Notes: generated by a model not told the origin, from the letters alone. A DNA stretch of 64,000 nucleotides from an uncultured Mycoplasmatota bacterium (GCA_946639185.1 CAMPBR010000002.1:1097-65096), one strand, 5' to 3'; counted from the stretch's first letter, positions 1 through 9,490 are shown. Made by a program: numbers and translations.

Positions 1-668
1 TTCAAGAATTTTTAGATGGAGTATTTGGTAAATGGGGTGATTTTGTTATTAGAGATAAAATTTATCAAAATCATAATAATAATGATGAAATTGCATCCAT
101 TAAAGATTTTTATGGAAATAATTCAGCAGGGCCAATTGAAAGAGCTGCTTTAGCACATAATTGTATGAAATTACTAGGAGCTGAAGATTATTTAGTGTTA
201 GGTGGCATTAGAAAAGATAATGACCAAGTATTTACTCCATATGCTTATAATGTAGTTAAAAATGTAAAAGGCAACTTTATGTTATATGATCCATTTGATG
301 CAGTTAAACTTGAAGATGGTAATACTATTGCACGAGCTGATTTAATTGAAAACTTACATGATATAAATGATTTTAATTCACATAGTTTTGAATTTAAGTC
401 TTTTTTACATAATGTTTCGAAGTATGATAATCATAAAAATGAATATATATCACCTAATTATTATAAAAATATGAATAATAATTTGAGTAGTAAAGCAGAT
501 GAAATGATTAGACAAATGGAACAAGGAATTGATGTTGAGGGAACTGGAGAATATAATAATCAAAATACTTATAGTAAACAAATGGGTTATACAATGTTTG
601 GAATAGTAGGTTTAATATCTATTATAAGTATTATTGGAATTGTAATATTAGGCGTAATGTTTAGATGA
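1..668 (+). CDS. Hypothetical protein, 5'-truncated by the window edge. The reading frame is open from nt 3 and the C-terminus is a hydrophobic membrane anchor.
   Basis: The frame of ORF 165..668 has no stop back to position 3. The C-terminal ~25 residues are hydrophobic (GIVGLISIISIIGIVILGVMF). I recognised no motif. Confidence 0.45.
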   Translation, partial: QEFLDGVFGKWGDFVIRDKIYQNHNNNDEIASIKDFYGNNSAGPIERAALAHNCMKLLGAEDYLVLGGIRKDNDQVFTPYAYNVVKNVKGNFMLYDPFDAVKLEDGNTIARADLIENLHDINDFNSHSFEFKSFLHNVSKYDNHKNEYISPNYYKNMNNNLSSKADEMIRQMEQGIDVEGTGEYNNQNTYSKQMGYTMFGIVGLISIISIIGIVILGVMFR

Positions 669-698
669 ATATTTATTTAATATTATTTGGAGGTATAA

Positions 699-908
699 AT
701 GGATAAATCGTTTTTGAATATTGATGAAGAATATGAATATTATAGTAAATTGTATTATGAAAGGTTTAAAAAGAAGGCTTTTATAGCTATGCCAGGTGGT
801 TCTAAAGAAAAAACTATAGAAGCTATAAAAAAATCGTTAGAACAAAATAGAGATTTATTAAATGAAATATTTTATCCTAATTCTAGTGATAAAAATATTT
901 TATATTAG
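699..908 (+). CDS. Small hypothetical protein (69 aa)
   Basis: ORF with an upstream GGAGG-like SD (ttggaggtataaATG). No recognisable motif. Confidence 0.35.
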   Translation: MDKSFLNIDEEYEYYSKLYYERFKKKAFIAMPGGSKEKTIEAIKKSLEQNRDLLNEIFYPNSSDKNILY

Positions 909-931
909 TCATGTATAAAGGAGAATGAGAT

Positions 932-1207
932 ATGAAAAAGAAAGAGGAAAAGGCTCCATTTAAAGTAGGCGATATATACGTTTTTCCTGAAAAGCCTGAA
1001 ATAGTTAAATATCTAGAAGAAATACGTCAAGAAGTTAATAAGGAATTGGTAAAGCAAGGAGCAGCATATGAGGTACATGGAAAAGTATTAGTGCCTTTGG
1101 AAAGTTTTGATCTAAAGTATCAAATAGAAAAGCGAATTCTAAAAGAAAGATATGGAATTGATTGGCAATCACCAGTAGATAGAAGTAAAAATATGAAATT
1201 AGATTAA
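932..1207 (+). CDS. Small conserved protein of unknown function (91 aa), paralog A of 3115..3342
   Basis: SD aaggagaatgagatATG. The C-terminal half aligns clearly with ORF 3115..3342 (LKERYGIDWQSPVDRSKNMKLD versus LKERYGIDWKSPADLNPEMKFD). A rho-independent terminator follows. Confidence 0.55.
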   Translation: MKKKEEKAPFKVGDIYVFPEKPEIVKYLEEIRQEVNKELVKQGAAYEVHGKVLVPLESFDLKYQIEKRILKERYGIDWQSPVDRSKNMKLD

Positions 1208-1240
1208 TATAAAAAAAGAATTGGTACTTTCAATTCTTTT

Positions 1241-1708
1241 TTAATACATTAATTTAATAGCTTTATAGTAAGATTCAGTTGGTTTACGATGATTTAAATA
1301 ATCTATTGCATTTTTTTTAATATTATAGATTTTAGATAGGTTTGTAAGTATTAAAATTTCTTCTTCTTGAGTAACACCTGTTTTATAATTTATAAATTTT
1401 TTATAGATAGTTGGACTTACTCCAACTATTTTTTTAAATGTTTCAGAAAAATATTCTAGTGAATTAAATCCATTTTTTAAACCTATTGATAAAAAGTAAT
1501 TGTCATCTCTAAATAAAGATAGGCTATTAAGTATTCTTATTGAGTTTATATATTCGTGAATTGATATAGATAATTCTTTTTTAAAACGTTTTATTATGTA
1601 TGTTTTATCAAAATGAAATTGCATGCTTAATTCATCAATAGTTATTTCTTTATTGATGAATTCATTTAAATATTCGATTATATTACATACTAATTCATTT
1701 GAATACAT
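1241..1708 (-). CDS. AraC/XylS-family HTH transcriptional regulator (155 aa, short form)
   Basis: The C-terminal region carries the typical AraC HTH signature (GLKNGFNSLEYFSETFKKIVGVSPTIYKK). It is transcribed divergently from the ATPase gene. Confidence 0.75.
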   Translation of the reverse strand: MYSNELVCNIIEYLNEFINKEITIDELSMQFHFDKTYIIKRFKKELSISIHEYINSIRILNSLSLFRDDNYFLSIGLKNGFNSLEYFSETFKKIVGVSPTIYKKFINYKTGVTQEEEILILTNLSKIYNIKKNAIDYLNHRKPTESYYKAIKLMY

Positions 1709-1818
1709 AATTTTGCCTCCAGCTACATTATAACATGTTTTTTAATAAAAAGCCATTTTTGTTTAAATTGCTATAAAAATTACATGATATATTATTACAC
1801 GAAAGGGAGGGATACTAT

Positions 1819-3099
1819 ATGTATTCAAGATGGGCTACATTTGAAGAATTAACTTCAATGCTAACAAAAATTAATTTAGAAAGTGATATTAACAAGTCTG
1901 GTATACCAATGGTATATAACGGAAAGGATGTTTATATTAAAGATGATGATTCACACACATTGGTAATTGGTTCTACTGGTTCAGGTAAAACACAATCAAT
2001 TTTATTACCACAAACAAAGCTAGCCATTAAAGCAGGAGAATCATTGTTAGTACATGATGTAAATGGTGAAATATATAGTAAAGTAAGTTCTGATTTAAAG
2101 AATGCAAATTATAACACAATAATTATTAATTTAGTTGATACTTTAAAAAGTGATAAATTTAATATTTTAACTTTACCTTATACATTATATAAGAATGGTG
2201 ATAAAGATAAAGCTGTTGATATGTTAGAAAATATTGCTTATTATTTCGTATCTAATGAAAAAGTAAATAACACTAGTGATCCATTCTGGGTAAATTCAGC
2301 TTGTTCATTATTTATTGGATTAGCATTATACTTATTTGAAAATGAAAAAGAAGAAAATATTAATATAAATAAGATCTTTGAGTTATCTACAGAATTTGAT
2401 AAGATTTGTGATTTTATTAAAACAATTAGTAAGTCTTCACCAATTTATATTAATTTATCACCAATCGTACTTGCACCTAACGAAACTAAAGGAAGCATAC
2501 TTGCTGTTTTTGGGCAACGAATGAGATACTTTGTTACTAAGAAACAATTATCACAAGTTTTATCTGATGAAACATTAGATTTAAAAAAGATACTTGCTGA
2601 AAAAACAGCTATATTTGTTATAAGTAACAATGATTTAGCATCTCGTAGATTAACACCATTAATTATTGATGAAATTTATAATATGTTTAAAATCAATGAA
2701 AGTAATAGAAGATTTAATTTTATATTAGATGAATTTGAAAACTTTATACCTATTAAAGATTTCAATAATATGGTTACTTTATTAAGAAGTTATAATATAA
2801 AAATGACTGTATTTATTAGAAGCTTCTTAGATTTAAAAAATGTATATGGTGGTGAAAACACCGAATTACTTAAAATAGCTTTTGGAAATATTATTTATTT
2901 GATGGCTAATGATATAGAAACACTAGATGAAATATCTAAAATGTGTGGAAAACAAAAAGTAGATGGTGAATTTATACCATTAATATCAGCAGAAGAATTA
3001 AAATTATTAGAACCATTTGAAGCCGTAATTTTAATTCCTAGACTTAATCCATATAAGACTAAGTTAATTCCAGATTACAAAATAGATTGGAATAAATAG
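1819..3099 (+). CDS. Soluble VirD4/TraG/TraD-family (type IV coupling-protein-like) P-loop ATPase with no transmembrane segments
   Basis: Strong SD (aagggagggatactatATG). The Walker A context HTLVIGSTGSGKTQSILLPQ, the downstream DPFW motif and the Walker B segment NFILDEFENF are all typical of the T4SS-DNA_transf/TraG family. No N-terminal hydrophobic helices. Confidence 0.65.
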   Translation: MYSRWATFEELTSMLTKINLESDINKSGIPMVYNGKDVYIKDDDSHTLVIGSTGSGKTQSILLPQTKLAIKAGESLLVHDVNGEIYSKVSSDLKNANYNTIIINLVDTLKSDKFNILTLPYTLYKNGDKDKAVDMLENIAYYFVSNEKVNNTSDPFWVNSACSLFIGLALYLFENEKEENININKIFELSTEFDKICDFIKTISKSSPIYINLSPIVLAPNETKGSILAVFGQRMRYFVTKKQLSQVLSDETLDLKKILAEKTAIFVISNNDLASRRLTPLIIDEIYNMFKINESNRRFNFILDEFENFIPIKDFNNMVTLLRSYNIKMTVFIRSFLDLKNVYGGENTELLKIAFGNIIYLMANDIETLDEISKMCGKQKVDGEFIPLISAEELKLLEPFEAVILIPRLNPYKTKLIPDYKIDWNK

Positions 3100-3114
3100 A
3101 AACTAATAAAGGGG

Positions 3115-3342
3115 GTGAATAAAATGAATAATAATGTTAATAAGTATTTAGATGAAATTAAAGAAGAAGTAGATGCATATTTAATTAAAGAAGGAGCTAT
3201 GACTGTTAAAAATGGTGAAAAAATAGCTTTACCTGGAAGCTGTAACATAAGATGGAAACTAGAAAAGAAATTATTAAAGGAAAGATATGGCATTGATTGG
3301 AAATCACCAGCTGATCTTAATCCAGAAATGAAATTTGATTAA
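3115..3342 (+). CDS. Small conserved protein (75 aa), paralog B of 932..1207
   Basis: SD agggggtgaataaaATG. Alignable with ORF 932..1207 over its whole length. Confidence 0.55.
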   Translation: MNKMNNNVNKYLDEIKEEVDAYLIKEGAMTVKNGEKIALPGSCNIRWKLEKKLLKERYGIDWKSPADLNPEMKFD

Positions 3343-3367
3343 TAAATGATATAGGGGGGTAGAAAAT

Positions 3368-3586
3368 ATGAAAGTATTCGTTGAAATTGATGGTAATTAT
3401 GTATTATTATCAGATGAATTAAATAAGGATAGCTTTGATAACTATTTGATTAGAGAAGATGTAATTAATCAAGCTATGGATAGATTACATGAATATAAGA
3501 TGAAATTAGAAATGGAAAGACATTTAGAAAATCCAGTTAAAATGAAAAAACTTGGTATTCATACTAGTATGAACCAAAGTGCTTAA
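3368..3586 (+). CDS. Small hypothetical protein (72 aa)
   Basis: SD ggggggtagaaaatATG. No motif. Confidence 0.35.
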   Translation: MKVFVEIDGNYVLLSDELNKDSFDNYLIREDVINQAMDRLHEYKMKLEMERHLENPVKMKKLGIHTSMNQSA

Positions 3587-3684
3587 TATTATAAGTTTAC
3601 ATATGTTTACATGCCATTTTCAATAATAACTGTCAATAAAATATAAATGCTGTATAATAAAATCAAGAAAGTAGGTAATAAAAT

Positions 3685-4620
3685 ATGGAAAAAGAAAAGG
3701 TAACTTTAGAAGAATTTAATGAAGCTATTGATAATGCTAAAGATAATTCTAATAGTTTTGAGTTTACAGATATAGATGGTAATACTCAAACAGTAGATTT
3801 AAGTGAATCTACAGAATTTGTTTCTAAAGTAAATGAAGAAGTAAAAAAATCAGATAAACCATTTAGTGATAAGACACTAGCTACAATTAGTGATATATCT
3901 GGTATGGTTAATAAAAGGGTTAGTGGAGTAATAACTGCTGTTTCTAAAGCTTCTAAAGAATTAGTAGCTCAAAAAAAGGTAATAGGACAAGGTTTTGTTA
4001 TTGGATTTATGGTAGCTACTGGTATTGCTTCAATTGGTAAATCTGATTTAGCACCAGAAAATACATTTGGTGGTAGATTATTAAAGGAAATTGGTTATGA
4101 GATGGATTTTGTTCCGGTGGCTAATGATGTTACAGATTATGTTGCTGGTTCTATTAATAGAGCTTTAAAGCATTATCAAGATAGTAAAGGAACAAATGAA
4201 TTTTCTAGAATTGTAGGATTTAATGAAAATAAAGAACAACAAAATGATGATGTATATGGAATGACTCAAGATCAATTAGATGCTTTAAATATTGTATATG
4301 GTGATAATACTAAAGAAGAAATTCAAAATATGTTAAACGATCAATCTAAATCAAATGAAACAATTGAGTTAACTGACAAACAAAAAGCAGATATTCAAAA
4401 AACACAAGAAGCTTATCAAGAAATGTATAATAAACAAGTTGCTGGAGAAGAAGTTCCAACAAACAGTGAAATACGAGATAAGATTGTTGAATATGCTAAC
4501 AAAGATAGTGAAGCTATATTGAACGAGCAATTACAATTTACAGGAGCACAAAAAGAACAAATTCAGAGTTTTGAACAAAACTTAGAAGAATATAAAGAAG
4601 AATCTGGAAGGAGTAGATAA
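3685..4620 (+). CDS. Hypothetical protein (311 aa), acidic and Gln/Glu-rich with one central hydrophobic/amphipathic segment
   Basis: A promoter-like TGcTGTATAAT lies upstream, with SD aagtaggtaataaaatATG. No recognisable catalytic motif. Confidence 0.5.
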   Translation: MEKEKVTLEEFNEAIDNAKDNSNSFEFTDIDGNTQTVDLSESTEFVSKVNEEVKKSDKPFSDKTLATISDISGMVNKRVSGVITAVSKASKELVAQKKVIGQGFVIGFMVATGIASIGKSDLAPENTFGGRLLKEIGYEMDFVPVANDVTDYVAGSINRALKHYQDSKGTNEFSRIVGFNENKEQQNDDVYGMTQDQLDALNIVYGDNTKEEIQNMLNDQSKSNETIELTDKQKADIQKTQEAYQEMYNKQVAGEEVPTNSEIRDKIVEYANKDSEAILNEQLQFTGAQKEQIQSFEQNLEEYKEESGRSR

Positions 4621-4622
4621 TT

Positions 4623-4859
4623 GTGGAAAATAATATAGATAATATTATTACTCTTGATGGTAAAGATAAATATATGGTTATGGATCAAGGTAACTATAAT
4701 GGAAAAGCTTATTATTTATTAACTAAACTTAATGAAAAAGAAGAATTAACAAGTGTTGTTAGTATCGTAGAAAATGATAATGGTAAAATTGAATCTGTAA
4801 CTGATTCAAAGTTACTACAAGCATTAATTAAATATTTTAATGATAGAGCTAGTAAATAA
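4623..4859 (+). CDS. Small hypothetical protein (78 aa), GTG start, translationally coupled to the upstream gene
   Basis: GTG at 4623 lies immediately after the upstream stop. SD ggaaggagtagataattGTG. Confidence 0.4.
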   Translation: MENNIDNIITLDGKDKYMVMDQGNYNGKAYYLLTKLNEKEELTSVVSIVENDNGKIESVTDSKLLQALIKYFNDRASK

Positions 4860-4891
4860 TATATTTAATTGTTTGAAAGTGGGGTGTCAAC

Positions 4892-6979
4892 ATGTCAGAA
4901 CTTTTTAGAGAAGATAATACACGTGAAGATTATCAACGAGCTGGAATAAAGCTAGAAATTGCTAATATAGATATTTCTGATTTATATGATAAAAAGATTA
5001 TTACAAAGGATGATTTAGAAAGATTAAGGAATAAATATATTAATAAAATAGGTGATTTATTGTTAGTAGAAAGTCGCTATATGCGAGATTATATAGATTA
5101 TTCAAAATTAGAAAAAATACAAGAATATTTTAGAAATTTAAATTGTACAATTTTTGATAAGAAAGTATATCGTGAATCTCAAAATCGTAATGTTTTAGAA
5201 GAAGATATATACGATTATTCTGATGTGGCTAATAAAACTACTATTTATGAATTAAATCAACAGAAAGTACTATCAAAACAAGCAGTTGATAAACTAGTAA
5301 ATAATGGAGTTTTTTATCTTGATGATATATTAAAATTGACTAATGAAGAATTGTGTAATTGTATTGGTAAGAATGCTTATAATAAAATTTTGGGATATTT
5401 AGATGAAAACAATCTTAAATTACTTGAACAAAAAATTGATATATCTGAATATCAAAAAGATCAGTTAAGTCGAGAGTATTATAGTATATATAGAGAAATA
5501 ACTCCGGAGAGTTTTGGTAAGAATGACTTACGTATCTATTGGCCAAAGTATATTAATAAAGAAAATGTTCTTGATTCTATTGAAATTATGTATAATACAT
5601 ATATGGATATATTTGATAGAAAATTAGGATATGATCAAGCTTATGATGAGTTGAAGCATCTTCCTTATGTTAGCTATGAAATAGGAAGCTTTGCAGCGAG
5701 CCTCAAATTTAAGTTTTTTAAGTATTTCGGTAGATATGCTAAAGAAGTATATGGAATTGATAATTTGGAAGAATATGTTTCTAATAAAAAATTATTTAAA
5801 GATAGTTATGAATTATTTATGAAGTATAAAAATAATGAAATAACTATTAAAGAATATGCTGAAAAAGTTGAACAAATGAATTTTGAGGATTATGATATAA
5901 GGGGTGATGGTAGTAAAGTTTTTGATTACCTTGCTGATGATTCGCGCAAAAGTAGTTTTTGTGCAGTAGCTAGTTATTATGCAAAAAATGTTAAAAAAGA
6001 ACAAGATATACTTCATAATGCTGATTTTCGTTCACATACTTTAAGTTTAATTGAAAATTTAACTGATGAAAAAGAAATATTTGATATAGTTAATCAATAT
6101 GCAAGTTATAGATCTATTTCTATCAGTAATACTATCAAAAATGCTGAAAGATTTACTGACCATTTTGTTGTAACATATATTGATAATAATTATAAGAATT
6201 TAACTGAAGAAGAAAGAAAGCTTAAAATAATAACATTGTTAGAAAAAATTGACAAAGTAATTGATACATATAATATTAATAAAGTAGAATATAAAGAAAA
6301 AGAAAAACAAGAAAAAATTGAAGCTAAAAATTTAGAACGTTCTAATTACTTAAAGAGTATATATGATGAATCAATATTAATTGTAAATAATTTTATGCAA
6401 GAAAATTTAAGTATAAAAGATTTTGTAAAAAACAGTGGAATAACAGATCAACAATTTGAAGAAGCTCTTGAATCAGTAAAAGAATTTAATAATGATTTTT
6501 ATATGAAATATGTTGATTATATGGATAAAAAATCTAAGCAAAGTTATGCTGTTATATTAAAAAGGGCTAAAGTAACAGCTGACGAAATTATGCATGGCTT
6601 AACTAATCCTGAAACAAATCAAACAAGAGAATACGATATATTAGATTATTATATGCGTAACTCTATGGATTTAGATATGTTTGTAAATTTTGTTAATAGT
6701 TCTAAAGATAAATTTAGTGATAAAGAATATCGTGCAATTGTGCAATTTTCTAATAAAAACTATAATCAAAAGGATGAAAGAAAAATAATTTATGAATCTA
6801 AGATGATAATAGGTGGAGTAGAGATAACCCCTGAAATGAAGAAAGAAGTTATAAAATATTTAACTGATATTCACGCCCCATATAATTTAAAAATATTTAA
6901 AATTGCATTACGTCGTAAATTAGCAGGTGTATTAGAAGATGAAAATAGTGTTAAAGATTCTAACACAAGAGTTAAATAA
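4892..6979 (+). CDS. Large hypothetical protein (695 aa) with N-terminal tandem helix-hairpin-helix modules like the RNA-polymerase alpha-CTD
   Basis: SD aaagtggggtgtcaacATG. Residues ~120-180 (IYELNQQKVLSKQAVDKLVNNGVFYLDDILKLTNEELCNCIGKNAYNKILGYLDENNL) follow the alphaCTD/HhH pattern I.EL...LS....L...G...L.DLL.LT.EEL..I.G....EI...L. The rest is alpha-helical with no motif I recognise. A terminator follows. Confidence 0.5.
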   Translation: MSELFREDNTREDYQRAGIKLEIANIDISDLYDKKIITKDDLERLRNKYINKIGDLLLVESRYMRDYIDYSKLEKIQEYFRNLNCTIFDKKVYRESQNRNVLEEDIYDYSDVANKTTIYELNQQKVLSKQAVDKLVNNGVFYLDDILKLTNEELCNCIGKNAYNKILGYLDENNLKLLEQKIDISEYQKDQLSREYYSIYREITPESFGKNDLRIYWPKYINKENVLDSIEIMYNTYMDIFDRKLGYDQAYDELKHLPYVSYEIGSFAASLKFKFFKYFGRYAKEVYGIDNLEEYVSNKKLFKDSYELFMKYKNNEITIKEYAEKVEQMNFEDYDIRGDGSKVFDYLADDSRKSSFCAVASYYAKNVKKEQDILHNADFRSHTLSLIENLTDEKEIFDIVNQYASYRSISISNTIKNAERFTDHFVVTYIDNNYKNLTEEERKLKIITLLEKIDKVIDTYNINKVEYKEKEKQEKIEAKNLERSNYLKSIYDESILIVNNFMQENLSIKDFVKNSGITDQQFEEALESVKEFNNDFYMKYVDYMDKKSKQSYAVILKRAKVTADEIMHGLTNPETNQTREYDILDYYMRNSMDLDMFVNFVNSSKDKFSDKEYRAIVQFSNKNYNQKDERKIIYESKMIIGGVEITPEMKKEVIKYLTDIHAPYNLKIFKIALRRKLAGVLEDENSVKDSNTRVK

Positions 6980-7004
6980 TTTATGACAGAATTTTAAGAT
7001 AATA

Positions 7005-7031
7005 AGAAACTAGTAATAGTTTCTTTTTTTA
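7005..7031 (+). terminator. Rho-independent terminator
   Basis: Stem agaaact/agtttct around loop agtaat, then a T7 run. Confidence 0.6.
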
Positions 7032-7068
7032 TTTCATAAGTTTAAATGAATAGAAAGAGAGTGTTTAT

Positions 7069-8544
7069 ATGGATAAAAATGAAATTATAAAGAATATTGC
7101 CTTGCGTACTGGTGGAGATATTTATTTAGGAGTAGTAGGTGCGGTTAGAACTGGTAAGAGTACTTTTATTAAGAAGGTTGTTGAAAACTTAATTGTTCCC
7201 AATATTACGGATGAATATGAACGTAAAAGAGCGTTAGATGAAGTACCACAAAGTGCTCAAGGAAAAACGATTATGACAACAGAACCTAAGTTTGTTCCTA
7301 ATACAGCTGCTAAAGTACATATTGATGACTTTGACTGTAATATTAGGCTTGTTGATTGTGTTGGTTATTTAATTAATGATTGTAAGGGTGCAGAAGATGA
7401 AAATGGCCCACGCCTTGTTAAAACTCCTTGGTATGATGATCCTATAGCTTTTAGAGAAGCAGCTGAAATTGGTACTGAAAAAGTAATTAAAGATCATTCT
7501 ACTATTGGAATTGTAGTTACTACTGATGGATCTATCTTGGATTTTAATAGAAGTGATTACATAGAAGCAGAAACTAGGGTTTTAAATGAACTAAGAGAAC
7601 TTGGAAAACCATATATCGTTATCGTTAATTCTACACATCCAACATTACCTGATACTTTAAAAATATGTGATAGTATAAAGAATGAATATAATGTACCAGT
7701 TCTTCCTATTAATGTTGAAGAAATGAATAGTAAAGATATGTATGATATTTTAAGAGAAGCCTTATATGAATTTCCAATATTAGAAGTAAAAGTTAATATG
7801 CCAGAATGGATAGCTATTTTAAAACCAAATAATGAAATTAAGAAGAGTTATATTGATTCGATTAAAGAAAGTGTTTTTGAAATAGATAAACTAAGAGATG
7901 TTGAAAAAATTAATAATAATTTTATAAACAATGATAATATCTCAAAATCATATTTAAAAGAATTAGATCCAGCATTAGGTAGTGTAACTATAAATTTAGA
8001 AGCTCCTGAAGAGTTATATAATAAAGTTTTAACTGATATTATTCATATTGATGTTACTAATAAAGCTAATCTTTTATCATTATTTCAGGATTATAGTGAA
8101 GCTAAAAAAGAATATGATCAAATTAAATATGCTTTAAAACAAGTAAAACAAACTGGTTATGGAGTTGCTTCTCCAACACTAGATGATATGAAACTTGCTA
8201 CTCCGGAAATAACTAAACAAGGTTCAAGATATGGAGTTAAACTACGTGCTACTGCTCCTTCTATACATATGATTAGAGTGGATGTTAATTCAACATTTGA
8301 ACCTATTATTGGTAGTGAAGTTCAAAGTAAAGAATTAATTGATTATTTAACTAAAGATAAAGATACTAATCCAACAGGTATTTGGAAAAGTGAAATCTTT
8401 GGAAGAAGTCTAGATTCTATTGTACAAGAAGGGATCCAATCTAAAATAAGTATGATGCCTGATAATATTAGATATAAACTTCAAAATACATTAACTAAGA
8501 TTGTTAATAAGGGTTCTAATAATATGATTGCTTTTGTGTTATAA
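7069..8544 (+). CDS. spoIVA: Stage IV sporulation protein A (spore-coat morphogenetic ATPase)
   Basis: The N-terminus IALRTGGDIYLGVVGAVRTGKSTFIKK is the hallmark SpoIVA Walker A region. Length 491 aa. hup lies downstream, as in Bacillus. Confidence 0.9.
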   Translation: MDKNEIIKNIALRTGGDIYLGVVGAVRTGKSTFIKKVVENLIVPNITDEYERKRALDEVPQSAQGKTIMTTEPKFVPNTAAKVHIDDFDCNIRLVDCVGYLINDCKGAEDENGPRLVKTPWYDDPIAFREAAEIGTEKVIKDHSTIGIVVTTDGSILDFNRSDYIEAETRVLNELRELGKPYIVIVNSTHPTLPDTLKICDSIKNEYNVPVLPINVEEMNSKDMYDILREALYEFPILEVKVNMPEWIAILKPNNEIKKSYIDSIKESVFEIDKLRDVEKINNNFINNDNISKSYLKELDPALGSVTINLEAPEELYNKVLTDIIHIDVTNKANLLSLFQDYSEAKKEYDQIKYALKQVKQTGYGVASPTLDDMKLATPEITKQGSRYGVKLRATAPSIHMIRVDVNSTFEPIIGSEVQSKELIDYLTKDKDTNPTGIWKSEIFGRSLDSIVQEGIQSKISMMPDNIRYKLQNTLTKIVNKGSNNMIAFVL

Positions 8545-8568
8545 GATAGATTATTCTATCTTTTTTTC
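8544..8568 (+). terminator. Rho-independent terminator after spoIVA
   Basis: Stem agatag/ctatct followed by a T7 run. Confidence 0.55.
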
Positions 8569-8602
8569 TTGTTTTGTACTATAATATGTGTTGGTGAAGT
8601 TT

Positions 8603-9058
8603 ATGAATTTAGAAAAAGATAAATATATTATTGTAGAGATTATTCCTACTAGCTTAAAAAAAGAAAATGGACAAGTAGTAGAACTTACTGCTTTAAAAGT
8701 AGATGGATTAAAGCTAATTGATAGATTTAATTATCGTTTAAATAAAGATAATGTATCTATAAAAGAATTTACTGATATGTGTAGTTATGACGATGATAAG
8801 TTTACATATTTAGATCAAAGTAGTGATATTTTAAATGAATTTAAAAATTGGGTAGAAGATTTACCTATATTTATAATTGATAATACTTATACCTTAAATT
8901 ATTTTGATGATTTAGATAATAAACTTGAACTAGTATTTCCTTATTTAGACCTTGATTTTAATGGCAATGTTATCCAAGAAATGATTGATAAATATAAGCT
9001 AGAAGCCAGTAACTATATGGTCGATTTAGTATATGAAGCAATTATTAGACATTTTTAG
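8603..9058 (+). CDS. Hypothetical protein (~151 aa). The likely start is the ATG at 8603; the longer ORF begins at 8588.
   Basis: GGTGAAG lies 5-8 nt upstream of ATG 8603. No confident motif. Confidence 0.45.
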   Translation: MNLEKDKYIIVEIIPTSLKKENGQVVELTALKVDGLKLIDRFNYRLNKDNVSIKEFTDMCSYDDDKFTYLDQSSDILNEFKNWVEDLPIFIIDNTYTLNYFDDLDNKLELVFPYLDLDFNGNVIQEMIDKYKLEASNYMVDLVYEAIIRHF

Positions 9059-9172
9059 TTAAATTTGTCTTTTTTTTTCTTTAAAATTGTTGATTTTGTT
9101 ATAATTTAATGCTATTCTTAATATGTAAGCATAGTATGTGCTTAATAAATTAAATAATATGGAGGTTTTTAC

Positions 9173-9445
9173 ATGAAAAAAGCAGAATTAGTTGAAGCAA
9201 TTGCTGCACAAACTGGTTTAACTAAAGCAGACGCAGATCGTGCTGTTAAAGCATTTGCTGATGTTGTTACAGGAGCATTAAAAAAAGGAGATAAAGTAGC
9301 TGTTCCAGGATTCGGAACTTTCTCAGTAGCTAAGAGAGCTGCACGTGAAGGACGTAATCCACAAACTGGAGCTAAAGTTACTATTAAAGCTAGTCAATCA
9401 GCTAAATTTAAACAAGCTTCAGCATTAAAAGAAGCTCTTAACTAA
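9173..9445 (+). CDS. hup: DNA-binding protein HU
   Basis: The 90-aa sequence [28 protein letters not shown]...[21 protein letters not shown] is canonical HU. GC content is visibly above background, consistent with a highly expressed gene. A terminator follows. Confidence 0.92.
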   Translation: MKKAELVEAIAAQTGLTKADADRAVKAFADVVTGALKKGDKVAVPGFGTFSVAKRAAREGRNPQTGAKVTIKASQSAKFKQASALKEALN

Positions 9446-9462
9446 TATTTTTTAGTGGTTTA

Positions 9463-9490
9463 AGGATGTATGAACATCCTTTTTCTTTTG
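9463..9490 (+). terminator. Rho-independent terminator after hup
   Basis: Stem aaggatgt/acatcctt around loop atga, then TTTTTCTTTT. Confidence 0.7.

Noticed and set aside
2445-3293. Minus-strand ORFs 2445..2630 and 3075..3293
   Set aside because: They are embedded antisense in the VirD4-like ATPase gene and in the small paralog gene. No SD, hydrophobic low-complexity translation.
5813-6016. 67-aa minus-strand ORF inside the 695-aa gene
   Set aside because: Antisense shadow ORF. Ile/Phe/Lys-rich, as expected from the AT-rich antisense strand.
699-6979. Interpreting the AraC/VirD4-like island as an integrative conjugative element or prophage
   Set aside because: No integrase, relaxase, VirB4, terminase, capsid gene, tRNA attachment site or flanking direct repeat is visible. 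I kept it as an island of unknown nature in the findings.
9173-9445. A GC-rich patch at hup (and to a lesser extent recA) as possible horizontal transfer
   Set aside because: The elevated GC is confined to a very highly expressed gene, and conserved Bacillus-like synteny (spoIVA-hup) surrounds it. Translational-selection codon bias is the simpler explanation.
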